Positions 21,657 to 31,114 of a stretch of 64,000 nt of DNA are shown here, one piece after another. How positions within the stretch are numbered: the stretch's first letter is position 1; the number at the start of each line of letters is the position of its first letter. The notes below the pieces were generated by a model that made no database searches, was not told the origin of the DNA, and saw only the letters and a list, made by a program, of their open reading frames with translations. Source of the DNA: Planctomycetota bacterium. Lineage in GTDB: Bacteria > Planctomycetota > PLA2 > JAEUHO01. Both the position numbers and the translations under genes were made by a program. The DNA is taken from positions 64,001-128,000 of the forward strand of contig CBDCWP010000010.1 of the NCBI GenBank assembly GCA_965223505.1, given 5' to 3'.

Positions 21657-21893
21657 ATGCACGGATTCGAACTCAGCACGTTGATGGGACCGTTGGCCGG
21701 CTTGCCGGGCGGCTGGGAGTGGATCGTCGTGCTGTTCATCATCCTGCTGCTCTTCGGCCGGCGACTGCCGGGCGTGGCGCGCAGCCTGGGCCAGGGCATC
21801 AGCAGCTTCAAGAAGGGTCTCGCGGATCCCGAGGACGGCGGCGACAAGAAGAACGACGCCGGTGATGCGGCCGCCGGCGGCGGCGACACGTAG
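21657..21893 (+). CDS. tatA: Twin-arginine translocase TatA/E subunit
   Basis: GGWEWIVVLFIILLLFG..LP..ARSLGQGISSFKKGL. Confidence 0.9.
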   Translation: MHGFELSTLMGPLAGLPGGWEWIVVLFIILLLFGRRLPGVARSLGQGISSFKKGLADPEDGGDKKNDAGDAAAGGGDT

Positions 21894-21898
21894 GTCGT

Positions 21899-22250
21899 CG
21901 GGCGACCCTTGTGGTCGCCCAATCAGGTGTGTCGCTCGTTGGGCAGCCACAAGGGCTGCCCCTACAGACCCGATCCGGCGCGTCCGTTGTGTCGGGCCGA
22001 CCCTTGTGGTCGCCCAATCAGGTGTGTCCCTCGTTGGGCAGCCACAAGGGCTGCCCTTACAGACCCGATCCGGCGCGTCCGTCGTGTCGGGCCGACCCTT
22101 GTGGTCGCCCAATCAGGTGTGTCCCTCGTTGGGCAGCCACAAGGGCTGCCCTTACAGACCCGATCCGGCGCGTCCGTCGTGTCGGGCCGACCCTTGTGGT
22201 CGCCCAATCAGGTGTGTCCCTCGTTGGGCAGCCACAAGGGCTGCCCCTAC
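21899..22250. repeat. Tandem array of ~3.7 x 95-bp REP doublets (BIME/REPIN-like)
   Basis: GACCCTTGTGGTCGCCC starts at 21904, 21999, 22094 and 22189 (period 95); each unit also holds the inverted GGGCAGCCACAAGGGCTGCCC. Confidence 0.9.
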
Positions 22251-23548
22251 ACCGACAGCCAAACGATCCTCGTCGTCTCGCCCCGCGGCTCGTGCCGGGC
22301 ATCCACGCCGTGCCCGACGATCCACGCGACGCCGTTCTCTCCCCTGACCACCAGCTGCCCCCGGCGGCTCCACCGTGGAACGCCGCGCTTCGAGAGCCAA
22401 CGGCGAACCGACACCCTCGACCTACGCCCCGGCGGCACGAACGTATCGCTGCTTCGTAGCAAGCGCACCTCGGGTGCATCACCGAGCACGTCGGCATCGA
22501 CCTCGACGCCGTCGGCCTCCGTTCCGTGGGACACGCGCAACGTCGGCAGCGGCCCGTCGATCATCTCCCGCCGCGCGAGCCACGCGTGGCGCGAACCGCC
22601 GACGTGCAAGTGCATGCCCTCCGGCAGATCGACGGCGCCGCCGTGCTCGATCATCGTGCGGGCGATCTCGACGTGTCGCCGGGTGAGCCACGGGCCCTCC
22701 GCGCCGGCGCCCAGCGACCGCCCGGCGTGACGCAGCGCGAGCGCGATTCCGATGTCGTCCAGCGTCGCGAGGAAGCGACGCGGCATGCGCACCACCTGCG
22801 CCGTTCGTTGATACTCGAACTGCGCACGCGCCACGGTTTCGATGCCGGCTTCGCGCCACTCGATGCGCCGCCGCAGCCGATCGGCGAGGCGCGCGAGATC
22901 ATGGCGACCGCCATGTCGCTCGAGTCGCGCCCGAATGCGCGCCCGGTCGCGGCGCACGTCCAGATTGGTCTCGTCCTCGACCCAGTCGATGTGGCGCGCT
23001 CGCAGATACGCGCGCAGCTCGGCGGGATCCGCCGAGAGCAGCGGGCGAACGACGTGGATGGGGGGGCCGTCACAGTGCGCGCCCAGACGCCTTCGTGCCG
23101 GAATCCCCGCCAGCCCGATGGGCCCGCTGCCGCGCAGTAGGCGCATGAGGAACGTCTCCGCCTGGTCGCCGGCGTGATGCGCGGTCGTGACGACGTTGCA
23201 GTCGAGCTGAACCGCAATGTGGTGCAGCATGTGATATCGATAGCGCCGGGCGAACGCCTCCGTTCGCGGCGCCTCGAAGGGGGGCGGGTCGCTCACGCTG
23301 CACGCGATCCGCAGCGTTTCCGCGAGCCGCTCCACGCGCGCGCGATCCCGGCGCGCGGCGTCGGCGCCGCGCCAGCCGTGATCGACGTGGGCGAGCGTGA
23401 GCGTGACGCCCAGCTCGGCGGATCGATGTGCGAGCAGGTGCGCAAGGGCGGTGCTGTCGGCGCCGGCGCTCACAGCGACCAGCACGCGGTCCCCCGGCCG
23501 GAAGAGGCCCGTCTCGAGCGCCGGCAGGGAGGAGCGTGTCGTTCGCAC
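22247..23548 (-). CDS. tilS: tRNA(Ile)-lysidine synthetase
   Basis: AVSAGADS PP-loop, HVDHG, EAFARRYRY, TAHHAGDQAETFLMRLLRG, RPLL, EDETN. Confidence 0.9.
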   Translation of the reverse strand: MRTTRSSLPALETGLFRPGDRVLVAVSAGADSTALAHLLAHRSAELGVTLTLAHVDHGWRGADAARRDRARVERLAETLRIACSVSDPPPFEAPRTEAFARRYRYHMLHHIAVQLDCNVVTTAHHAGDQAETFLMRLLRGSGPIGLAGIPARRRLGAHCDGPPIHVVRPLLSADPAELRAYLRARHIDWVEDETNLDVRRDRARIRARLERHGGRHDLARLADRLRRRIEWREAGIETVARAQFEYQRTAQVVRMPRRFLATLDDIGIALALRHAGRSLGAGAEGPWLTRRHVEIARTMIEHGGAVDLPEGMHLHVGGSRHAWLARREMIDGPLPTLRVSHGTEADGVEVDADVLGDAPEVRLLRSSDTFVPPGRRSRVSVRRWLSKRGVPRWSRRGQLVVRGENGVAWIVGHGVDARHEPRGETTRIVWLSV

Positions 23549-23643
23549 CGCGCCATCTTACGAGCGGGCGTTTCGCACCCGTTCCTCGCTTCATGCGCTC
23601 ATCCGGGCGGCGGTAGACTCCGCGTTCGAGCAGGAGAACCAGC

Positions 23644-24660
23644 ATGAGCATTCGTGTCGCGATCAACGGGTTCGGCCGCATCGGCCGTGTGGTGTTTCGA
23701 ATCCTCCAGGAGAAGGGCGACGCCTTCGAGGTCGTCGCGATCAACGACCTCGGCAAGCCCGAGGCGCTGGCGCATCTGCTCAAGTACGACAGCACCCACG
23801 GCCGCTTCGACGGCGACGTCGCGCTCGACGGCGACAAGCTCGTCGTCAACGGCACCGCGATCCCGCTGCTCAGCGAGCGCGATCCGGCCAATCTGCCGTG
23901 GAACGACCTGGGCAACCCGCTGGTCGTCGAGTCCACGGGCGTGTTCCGGCTGCGCGAGCAGCTCCAGGCGCACCTCCATGCAGGCGCGCAGAAGGTGCTG
24001 CTGACCGTGCCGCCCAAGGACGACGTGGACGCGCTCATCGTGCTCGGCGTGAACGATGACGAGCTCAAGCCCGAGCACCGCATCGTCAGCAACGCGTCCT
24101 GCACCACGAACTGCCTGGCGCCGATGGCGAAGGTGCTGCACGAGGCGTTCGGCATCGAGCGCGGCTTGATGAACACCGTCCACGCCTACACGAACGGCCA
24201 GCGCATCCTCGACCTCGAGCACAAGGACCTTCGGCGCGCGCGTACCGCGGCGACGAACATCATCCCGACGACGACCGGCGCGGCGCGCGCGGTCGGCAAG
24301 GTCCTGCCGGACATGGCGGGCAAGCTCGACGGCTTCTCGATGCGCGTTCCGGTGCCGGACGGCAGCATCGTGGACCTGACGGCGATCGTCTCGCGCGAGG
24401 TCACCATCGAGGAGGTCAACGCCGCCATGAAGGCCGCGGCCGAGGGACCGCTCGAGGGCATCATGAAGTACAGCGAGGATCCGATCGTCTCGTCGGACAT
24501 CGTCGGCGATCCGCACTCGAACGTCTTCGACGCGCCGCTCACGATGGCGATGGGCACGATGGTGAAGGTCTGCGGCTGGTACGACAACGAGTACGGCTAC
24601 AGCGCGCGCTGCGTGGACATGCTGGCGCGCATGGCCGCGCCCGTGCCTGCCGGCGCATAG
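23644..24660 (+). CDS. gap: Glyceraldehyde-3-phosphate dehydrogenase, type I
   Basis: [26 protein letters not shown]. Confidence 0.97.
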   Translation: MSIRVAINGFGRIGRVVFRILQEKGDAFEVVAINDLGKPEALAHLLKYDSTHGRFDGDVALDGDKLVVNGTAIPLLSERDPANLPWNDLGNPLVVESTGVFRLREQLQAHLHAGAQKVLLTVPPKDDVDALIVLGVNDDELKPEHRIVSNASCTTNCLAPMAKVLHEAFGIERGLMNTVHAYTNGQRILDLEHKDLRRARTAATNIIPTTTGAARAVGKVLPDMAGKLDGFSMRVPVPDGSIVDLTAIVSREVTIEEVNAAMKAAAEGPLEGIMKYSEDPIVSSDIVGDPHSNVFDAPLTMAMGTMVKVCGWYDNEYGYSARCVDMLARMAAPVPAGA

Positions 24661-24760
24661 CCCGGATTCCGGCCGTTTTCCGCCATCCGGGCGGTGTTTG
24701 CGGGGTCCGTCCAGGGCGCGGGTAGACTGTCGCCGCCGACGTATTTCGCAGGGAGCCCGT

Positions 24761-25420
24761 ATGACCACAGCCGTGAGCGCCGTCAAGATCGCCCCGTCGT
24801 TGTTGTCCGCCGACTTCGCGCGGCTGGACAGCGAGATCGGCGACGTCCTCGAGGGCGGCGCGGACCTGCTGCACCTCGACGTGATGGACGGGCATTTCGT
24901 CCCGAACATCACGTTCGGGCCGCCGGTCGTGAAGAGCATTCGCGGCTGCACGGACGCGGTGCTGGACTGCCACCTCATGATCTCGAAGCCGACGCAGTAC
25001 GTGGAGTCGTTCTGCGACGCCGGCGCGGACTGGGTGTCGATTCACGTCGAGGCGCCGGACGACATCGCCGAGGCGCTGCGCATGATCAAGGGCAAGGGCG
25101 CCAGGCCCGGCATCGTCCTCAATCCCGACACGCCCGTCGAGCAGGCCGAGCCCTATCTCGCGGATGTGGGGTTGGTGCTGATCATGTCGGTGTTCCCGGG
25201 CTTCGGCGGGCAGTCGTTCATTCCGGACGTGCTGGACAAGGTGCGCGCGCTCAAGGCGCAGGGCTTCGAGGGCGAGATCTCGATCGACGGCGGAATTGCC
25301 GAGGACACGGCGCCGCGGGCGATCGAAGCGGGTGTGGATATCATGGTTGCGGGCACGGCGGTGTTCGGCCGGGAAGACCGGGCGGCGGCGATTCGTGCGT
25401 TGAGGGGCCCCGCCGGGTAG
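24761..25420 (+). CDS. rpe: Ribulose-phosphate 3-epimerase
   Basis: IAPSLLSADF, HLDVMDGHFVPNITFG, MSVFPGFGGQ, IDGG. Confidence 0.95.
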   Translation: MTTAVSAVKIAPSLLSADFARLDSEIGDVLEGGADLLHLDVMDGHFVPNITFGPPVVKSIRGCTDAVLDCHLMISKPTQYVESFCDAGADWVSIHVEAPDDIAEALRMIKGKGARPGIVLNPDTPVEQAEPYLADVGLVLIMSVFPGFGGQSFIPDVLDKVRALKAQGFEGEISIDGGIAEDTAPRAIEAGVDIMVAGTAVFGREDRAAAIRALRGPAG

Positions 25421-25437
25421 GCGCGGAGAGTGAGCTG

Positions 25438-26313
25438 ATGGCGTTCTTCCGAAAGAAGAAAGAGATTCCGGTCGGGCTTTGGATGAAGTGCCCGGCGTGC
25501 GGAAAGATGGCGTTCACCAAGACGGTGGAGGAGAACCTCCACGTGTGTCCCGAGTGCGATCACCACATGAAGGTGAACGGGCCGACGCGCGTGAAGCAGC
25601 TGCTCGACGAAGGCTCGATCGAGCGCATGGGTGAAGACCTTCAGCCGCGGGATCTCTTGCACTTCTCGGGCGGCGGCGGCGAGACGTATGACGACGTGCT
25701 GAAGCGAAGCGCCGCGAAGTCGGGCGTTTCCGAAGCGGCGCTGGCCGTTCGCGGCGCGATCGACGGCCGTCCCGTCACGGTGGCGGCGATGGACTTCACG
25801 TTCCGCGGCGGCTCGATGGGCGTCGTGGTGGGGGAGCGGGTTGCGCTCGCGGCGGACGACGCGCTCGAGCGCGGTGTGCCGTTCATACTCGTGGCGACGT
25901 CGGGCGGCGCGCGGATGCAGGAAGGCGCGTTGTCGTTAATGCAGATGGCGAAAACCAGCGCGACGATCGCGCGTCTGCGCGAAGCCGGGCTGCCGTACAT
26001 CACGGTGCTCGCGGATCCGTGCACGGGTGGTGTGAGCGCGTCGTTCGCGGCGCAGGGTGACCTGACGTTGGCGGAGCCGGGCGCGTTGATCGGGTTCGCC
26101 GGACCGCGCGTGATCCAGAACACGATCAAGACGCAGCTGCCTGAGGGATTCCAGCGGGCCGAGTTCCTGTTGGAGAAGGGGTTCGTCGACCGCATCGTGC
26201 ACCGCCGCGACCTGAAGCAGGAGCTGGGGCGGTTGCTCGACTACTTGATGCCGGCGGAGCCGGAGGCCGAGTCGGAGCCGGAAGCAGCGCCTGAAGAGGC
26301 GCCGGCCAAGTAG
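25438..26313 (+). CDS. accD: Acetyl-CoA carboxylase carboxyltransferase beta subunit
   Basis: WMKCPAC..CPEC zinc finger, GGSMG, SGGARMQEG, TGGVSASFA, GFAGPRVI. Confidence 0.95.
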   Translation: MAFFRKKKEIPVGLWMKCPACGKMAFTKTVEENLHVCPECDHHMKVNGPTRVKQLLDEGSIERMGEDLQPRDLLHFSGGGGETYDDVLKRSAAKSGVSEAALAVRGAIDGRPVTVAAMDFTFRGGSMGVVVGERVALAADDALERGVPFILVATSGGARMQEGALSLMQMAKTSATIARLREAGLPYITVLADPCTGGVSASFAAQGDLTLAEPGALIGFAGPRVIQNTIKTQLPEGFQRAEFLLEKGFVDRIVHRRDLKQELGRLLDYLMPAEPEAESEPEAAPEEAPAK

Positions 26314-26868
26314 ATGGCCAAGGCCAAGCCCTCGCCGTACGACGTCGAGACGGTGCCCGTCGATCAGGTGCGGCCGCTGCGTTGGAAGTACCTGCGTCCG
26401 GGAGAGCCGGAGGACGCGGTCTGCTACAAGAGCGACGAGGAAGCGACGTGCGTGCACCTGGGGGTGCGGGACGAGTCGGGCGCGTTGATCGGCGTGGGGA
26501 GCATGCATCCGGAGAACCGGGTGGCGGGCCAGGGGCCGCACAGGCATCCGGGGATGCGGTTCCGGGGTGTGGCGGTGGAGGAGACGCACCGGCGCAAGGG
26601 CGTGGCGGGCGCGATTCTGAGCGAGATGGTTCGGCGGGCGCAGGACGGGGGCATGCAGGAGGTTTGGGCGAACGGCCGGACGAACCAGATCGCGATGTAC
26701 AAGCGGCACGGGTTCAAGGTGATGTCGCAGGAGTTCGAGATTCCGCGGCTGGGTGCGCACTTCGTGATCGTGCGGCGACTGAAGCAGAAAGGCGGGGCTA
26801 CGGCGTCGGGGCCGTCGGCTTCGGAGGCGCCGGAAACCGGGTCTGAATCACCTGAGTCAGAAAGCTAG
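26314..26868 (+). CDS. GNAT family N-acetyltransferase
   Basis: RFRGVAV..HRRKGVAG acetyl-CoA motif, VWANGR, YKRHGF. Confidence 0.8.
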   Translation: MAKAKPSPYDVETVPVDQVRPLRWKYLRPGEPEDAVCYKSDEEATCVHLGVRDESGALIGVGSMHPENRVAGQGPHRHPGMRFRGVAVEETHRRKGVAGAILSEMVRRAQDGGMQEVWANGRTNQIAMYKRHGFKVMSQEFEIPRLGAHFVIVRRLKQKGGATASGPSASEAPETGSESPESES

Positions 26869-26913
26869 AGCCGGGCGAGGGCGCTGCTATGCTCCCGGGC
26901 TGTCGAGAAACGC

Positions 26914-26989
26914 TCCCCGATAGCTCAGTTGGTAGAGCAACTGACTGTTAATCAGTGGGTCGCTGGTTCGAGTCCAGCTCGGGGAGCCA
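26914..26989 (+). tRNA. tRNA-Asn (GTT)
   Basis: 76-nt cloverleaf: TCCCCGA/TCGGGGA acceptor stem, ACTGA-CTGTTAA-TCAGT anticodon arm, GGTTCGAGTCC T arm, encoded CCA. Confidence 0.97.
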
Positions 26990-27267
26990 CACTCTCGCTT
27001 GCGCCCGCAGAGGCGCCCAGAGCCCGGCGCGACGCGGCTCGCCATACGTCGCCAGCAGGCGCCAGAACTTAGGCGCTTCGCGAGGTCGATGCCGCCGACG
27101 TCGCGGCGTTGCCGACCCGCCGGTTAACGCTCGGACTCTCTGCCGGACTCTCGAACTCTCTGTCGATCACCGAGAGCGCGCGTGGGTTGACGCCGGGCGC
27201 CTGGGGTGGGGGTCCAACCGGGTTGCGGAATGGTGTTGTGGGAGCCTTCGGCTACGACATGAGGCCA

Positions 27268-27984
27268 ATGACCGAGCCGAACGACATGAGCCTGCCCGAT
27301 CGCATCCGAGATCGCCTGGAGGCGCTTGAGACGCAAGGGCAGCGCATCATCTCCGCGGCACGCGACAAGATCACGGCAGCGGCGCCGGGCACGGTTTCGT
27401 TTCGCTACCAGGCAGTGTTGCCAGGTCGCGACATTCTGTTGCCTCACGAACGGGCGCAGTCGCTCGGCTTCGTGACGCGCTACGAGGCACTGCCGGACGC
27501 AGTCGGCGCGCAGGTGGTCGTCTCCGGCGAGCGCCTCGAGCTGGGCAACCTCGACTTCCTTCGTCACACGCTCAACGAGTACCGAACGATTGTGATGAAC
27601 GAGCGCGATTCGGTCTACTACCGCAAGCTGCACTCCACCTGGCGCGCAATGCTCCTACGGCCGTCCGTGGTGGAGGGCACCATTGTCCGCGTCCTGGACG
27701 CCACGGACAAGGACGTCACAGCGGGGTTCGTCCAGTGGCTGGACCAGACGCAGAGCGCCATCAAGTTCATCATCAATGCGCTGGAGTTGGACTACCTCTA
27801 CAACGGAATCCTGCAGCACTGTGACGAGAGGCACTCCGAGCGGTTCCTGCAGGACTACCTTTCGGGGGAGTTGAACTACATCATGCTCAAGAGTGCCGGC
27901 ATCATCACGGCGGTGAAGGATCACCTGGAGCCGTACTACCGACTTGCCAACGCGCTGACCTTCCCGGAGCTAGGACCGCTCTGA
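27268..27984 (+). CDS. Hypothetical cargo protein, possibly HEPN-like
   Basis: Clean ORF with globular composition; YRTIVMNERDSVYY and YNGILQHCD motifs; start uncertain (27259, 27268 or 27286). Confidence 0.6.
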   Translation: MTEPNDMSLPDRIRDRLEALETQGQRIISAARDKITAAAPGTVSFRYQAVLPGRDILLPHERAQSLGFVTRYEALPDAVGAQVVVSGERLELGNLDFLRHTLNEYRTIVMNERDSVYYRKLHSTWRAMLLRPSVVEGTIVRVLDATDKDVTAGFVQWLDQTQSAIKFIINALELDYLYNGILQHCDERHSERFLQDYLSGELNYIMLKSAGIITAVKDHLEPYYRLANALTFPELGPL

Positions 27985-28352
27985 CGCTCGCGTGCCACTC
28001 TCTGCGACACCCAGTTGGGGGATGAAGCGAGAGTGCGGAGAGCCCTCTCCGCCCCAGGTCCGTCGATCTTCCCGTCTAGAACCGCCTCTTGGATGTCCGG
28101 TGCGAGATCGAGGAGGCGCATGACCTGGCTAATGCGGGCGCGCGAGACGCCGACCAGACGCGCCAGCTCGGCTCGGTTGCGGATGGCACCGGCGTGGATC
28201 AAGTCGTTCCACCTGTGGGCCAGGGCGAGAAGGCGGGCGACGCGCGGGATCCGTTCGCGGGGCGGGTCCAGAGCAGCCCTGGCGGGCTTCAGTTGCTTGC
28301 GGCCGTTCTTGCCCGCGGCCACGCGGACCTTGACCGTCACCGTGTCGCTCAT
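27936..28352 (-). CDS. HTH-containing accessory protein typical of large-serine-recombinase elements
   Basis: RLLALAHRW..G..AELARLVGVSRARISQVMRLLDLAPDIQEAVL; ATGA overlap with the recombinase remnant. Confidence 0.7.
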   Translation of the reverse strand: MSDTVTVKVRVAAGKNGRKQLKPARAALDPPRERIPRVARLLALAHRWNDLIHAGAIRNRAELARLVGVSRARISQVMRLLDLAPDIQEAVLDGKIDGPGAERALRTLASSPNWVSQRVARERQSGPSSGKVSALASR

Positions 28353-28630
28353 GACTCGGTCTCCTGGGCGAGTGCCTTGATGCCGGTCGGCTGGAAGGCG
28401 ACCTCGACGGTGCCGGCCTCACGGTCGTAGGCGACGTGCTCGATCAGGAGCCCGAGCAGGCGCTTCTGCTCGGGCACGTGAAGGGCTTCCCACACCGGCT
28501 CGAACAAGCCCAGGGCCCGTCGGACATCGCCTTCGTCAACCTGGAAGCCCCGGGAGCGTGCGGCCCCGATGACCTGTGCAACCAGTGTCTCCCTCGACGA
28601 ATAGGTGACCTGCGAAGGGCAGGAAACCGG
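28349..28630 (-). pseudogene. C-terminal remnant of a large serine recombinase
   Basis: DVRRALGLFEPVWEAL..EQKRLLGLLIEHVAYD..GTVEVAFQPTGI resembles recombinase C-termini; the catalytic N-terminus is missing where the IS begins. Confidence 0.6.
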
Positions 28631-29929
28631 TGTTGATAAGGCTCTCTCCTTTGGCTGGCCTATGTGCCAGGGAAAGGAAGAGAGATGAACGACGATACGA
28701 AGGCGCCCGAGAGGTTGGACGGCCCGCTTCCGAAGGGAGGCGGAGGCGACGAAGTCGCCGGAGCCGAGCGGAGGAAGCGGGCCGTGAGCGGCTACGTGCC
28801 CCGCGGCACACGCAGCCGTCGTGCTCGAACGGTGCGAAGCGACGCATCGCGTAGCGCGGAGTTCACGGGCGAGCAGCGCTTGCTGGCGCTTGACTGTTGG
28901 TTTCGCAGCGAGCTTGCGGCCACGGAGTTCGCGCCGCTGATCGGCGTGAGCACGGCGTCGCTGTACGCGTGGCGTCGCAAGTTCGAGGAGGAGGGCCCCG
29001 CCGGTTTGCTCGGGCACAAGCGCGGCATGAAGGGCAGCGGGCTGCCCGAGCCGGCGCGCCGTGCGATCCTGATGATGAAGGACGCGCATCCGGACTGGGG
29101 CCAGGATCGGATCCACGACATGCTGATCCGAACGGAGGGTATCTCGGTTTCAGGCGGCGCGGTTCAGCGCGTGCTGAAGGAAGCGGGCTACGAGGTGGAG
29201 GCGGTTGCGCCGGCGCGCAACCCGCCCAAGGTGAAGCGATTCGAGCGCAAGCGACCGAACGAGCTTTGGCAAACGGATCTATTCACGTTTCTCCTGAAGC
29301 GCGAGCGTCGGCGCGTGCACCTGGTTTGCTACCTGGACGACTTCTCGCGTTTCATCGTGGGCTTCGGGCTTCACGCATCGGCGTCGGGTGCGATGGTTCG
29401 GGAGACGTTCGAGCAGGCGATCGCGAACTTCGGCGCGCCCGAGGAGATTTTGACCGACAACGGCGCGCAGTATCAGACCTGGCGCGGGAAGAGCTCGTTT
29501 CGCAAGCTTTGCGAGAAGCGCGGCATCAAGCAGATCGTGGCCAGGCCGAGGCGGCCGCAGACGCTTGGCAAGATCGAGCGTTTCTGGGGCACGCTGTTTC
29601 GCGAGCTGATCGACGGAGCGATCTTCCGCGGCATGGAGGACGCCAAGACGCGCATTGCTCACTTCATCGGGTTCTACAACTTCCAGCGCACCCACCAGGG
29701 CATTGGCGGCCTGGTTCCAGCGGACCGATTCTTCGAAGCCTCGCAGAGCGTGCGCAGCGCTCTGCAAGAGGCGGTTGCAACGAACGCCAAGGAGTTGGCG
29801 CTTCATGGTGAGCCGCGCAAGCCCTTGTACCTGGCGGGCCGAATCGGCGACGAGCCGGTGTCTCCACCGAAGGAGCCGGACGTGCAACGTGCCGCAAGTT
29901 TCGGGTCCAGGGTGGACCCCACTCTGTAA
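28631..29929 (+). mobile_element. IS481-like DDE transposase (ORF ~28685-29929), apparently 3'-truncated
   Basis: HTH (SLYAWRRKF), WQTD, LDDFSR, LTDNG, GKIERF, YNFQRTHQGI; TGT-starting candidate left end at 28631; no matching right end seen. Confidence 0.8.
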
Positions 29930-30098
29930 CTTGTCCAAACCGAGAGTTCTGGAACGCCTTCTGGCGGCCGGAACGAATGGACCTCTCCAGGTTGCCAAAA
30001 ACCAGAGAGTAGTTTCGCCACAAGCACGCAGAGGCGAGGTCACGCGCACGCCCCAGCCGGCCCGGGCGCGTGCTGTCCGAGAGGGAGGGTCAGTGCAC

Positions 30099-30392
30099 CT
30101 AGGCAACCGACTCGAGGTTCTCCCTCAGGATCCTCGGGTGCCGCGCGGCGATGCGTAGCAAGGCGATCGCGGGCCCCTCGGGCTTGCGACGATCCTGCTC
30201 CCAGTTCCGAAGCGTGTGGATGCTGATGCCCATGGCCCGGGCGAACTGCGCCTGTGTCAGGCGCGCGAAGCGACGGAGGGCGGCGATGTCCCCTCCGTTC
30301 CTGAAGCGGCCCTGCACGAGGCGACGCCGGAGGCGCGCAGGAATCGCGCTTGCGAAGTCCTCGTCCGTCAGTTCGGGGATGTCGTCGGTCAT
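30099..30392 (-). CDS. Antitoxin with BrnA-like N-terminus and XRE-type HTH
   Basis: DDIPELTDEDFA followed by LTQAQFARAMGISIHTLRNWEQ..RKPEGPA; ATGA overlap with the toxin. Confidence 0.8.
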   Translation of the reverse strand: MTDDIPELTDEDFASAIPARLRRRLVQGRFRNGGDIAALRRFARLTQAQFARAMGISIHTLRNWEQDRRKPEGPAIALLRIAARHPRILRENLESVA

Positions 30393-30676
30393 GATCGCTC
30401 CGGGTAGTCTCGGAACAGCCCTTGCTCACGCGTGGTCGCCCAGCGTGCGCTGATGATCCGAACTGTGTCCTCGTCCCGTTCCGTCCAGACGACCAGCACG
30501 ACGCCGCGTCGAATCAACCCGATCGCGACGAACCGGTCTTCGAGCTCGGAGTGGGACGCATCGAAGATCTCGAGGAAGTCCCGGCCGGACGTGAACAGCT
30601 CTGCTGCCTCCTCGAAGGAGACGTCGTGCTTGCGCTGATTCTCTCTGTCCTTGGCCGAGTCCCATTCGACCTTCAT
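30389..30676 (-). CDS. brnT: BrnT family ribonuclease toxin
   Basis: EWDSAK..N..KHDVSFEEA, EDRFVAIG, VVWTER, RIISAR.AT..E. Confidence 0.9.
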   Translation of the reverse strand: MKVEWDSAKDRENQRKHDVSFEEAAELFTSGRDFLEIFDASHSELEDRFVAIGLIRRGVVLVVWTERDEDTVRIISARWATTREQGLFRDYPERS

Positions 30677-30682
30677 CGGGAG

Positions 30683-30717
30683 AGTATACGCCATTGGCGG
30701 AGTAAGTCAATGGCGTA
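30683..30717 (-). promoter_or_regulatory. Sigma70-like promoter with an overlapping inverted-repeat operator for brnT
   Basis: Minus strand TTGACT-N16-TATACT, 6 nt before the ATG; TACGCCATTG-N11-CAATGGCGTA inverted repeat at 30687-30717. Confidence 0.7.
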
Positions 30718-30760
30718 CTCACCGCCTCCAGTGAGCGGAGTTCGTGCCGTCGCCGGATAA

Positions 30761-30827
30761 AACCCAGAGTCGCAAGGAATGGGGGCTCTCTGGCACAGAG
30801 AGTGTTTCGAACGAGGGTGGGGAGCCA
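30761..30827 (+). repeat. Islet right end plus tRNA-3' (att-like) repeat, copy 1
   Basis: AACCCAGAGT-CGCAAGGAATGGGG..ACAGAGAGTGTTTCGAACGAGG..TGGGGAGCCA. Confidence 0.8.
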
Positions 30828-31077
30828 TTCGACTCCGCCTGCTTCGCAGGCTCCGTTCATGGCCTCCGGCCCTCGCCTACGGGCGCCTCTCTTCAACGTG
30901 TCTTGCGCATGATGTGTCCCCGATTCTTGTGCCCGGTCAACTGAGAGTGGCTTCGGATTCCCTCTACATCGGTGTGCCTCGCGATCTCCGGCAGCAATAG
31001 TGGCGGGCGTGGGACAGCCCGTCGGGCGACGCCGGCCACGCGGCCTTGAGGCGGATTACGAGCTTGGTGACCGGGTC

Positions 31078-31107
31078 TGGTGCAGAATGGTGCAGTTTGG
31101 TGTACCA
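31078..31107 (+). promoter_or_regulatory. Putative operator: three TGGTG boxes at 10-bp period
   Basis: TGGTGCAGAA TGGTGCAGTT TGGTGTACCA just upstream of the RHH gene. Confidence 0.5.
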
Positions 31108-31114
31108 TTTCGCT

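Larger units (their letters stand above)
26981..30818. mobile_element. Integrative islet 1 at the tRNA-Asn 3' end (decayed serine-recombinase element)
   Basis: Bounded by GGGGAGCCA at 26981-26989 and 30819-30827; contains a recombinase remnant, an IS and a toxin-antitoxin pair. Confidence 0.65.

Noticed and set aside
21899..22250. CRISPR array
   Set aside because: The units repeat in full with no unique spacers, there are no cas genes, and the same palindromes occur as dispersed REP doublets.
24694..25437. 539-aa ORF suggesting an extended accD
   Set aside because: It overlaps rpe out of frame; accD starts at ATG 25438.
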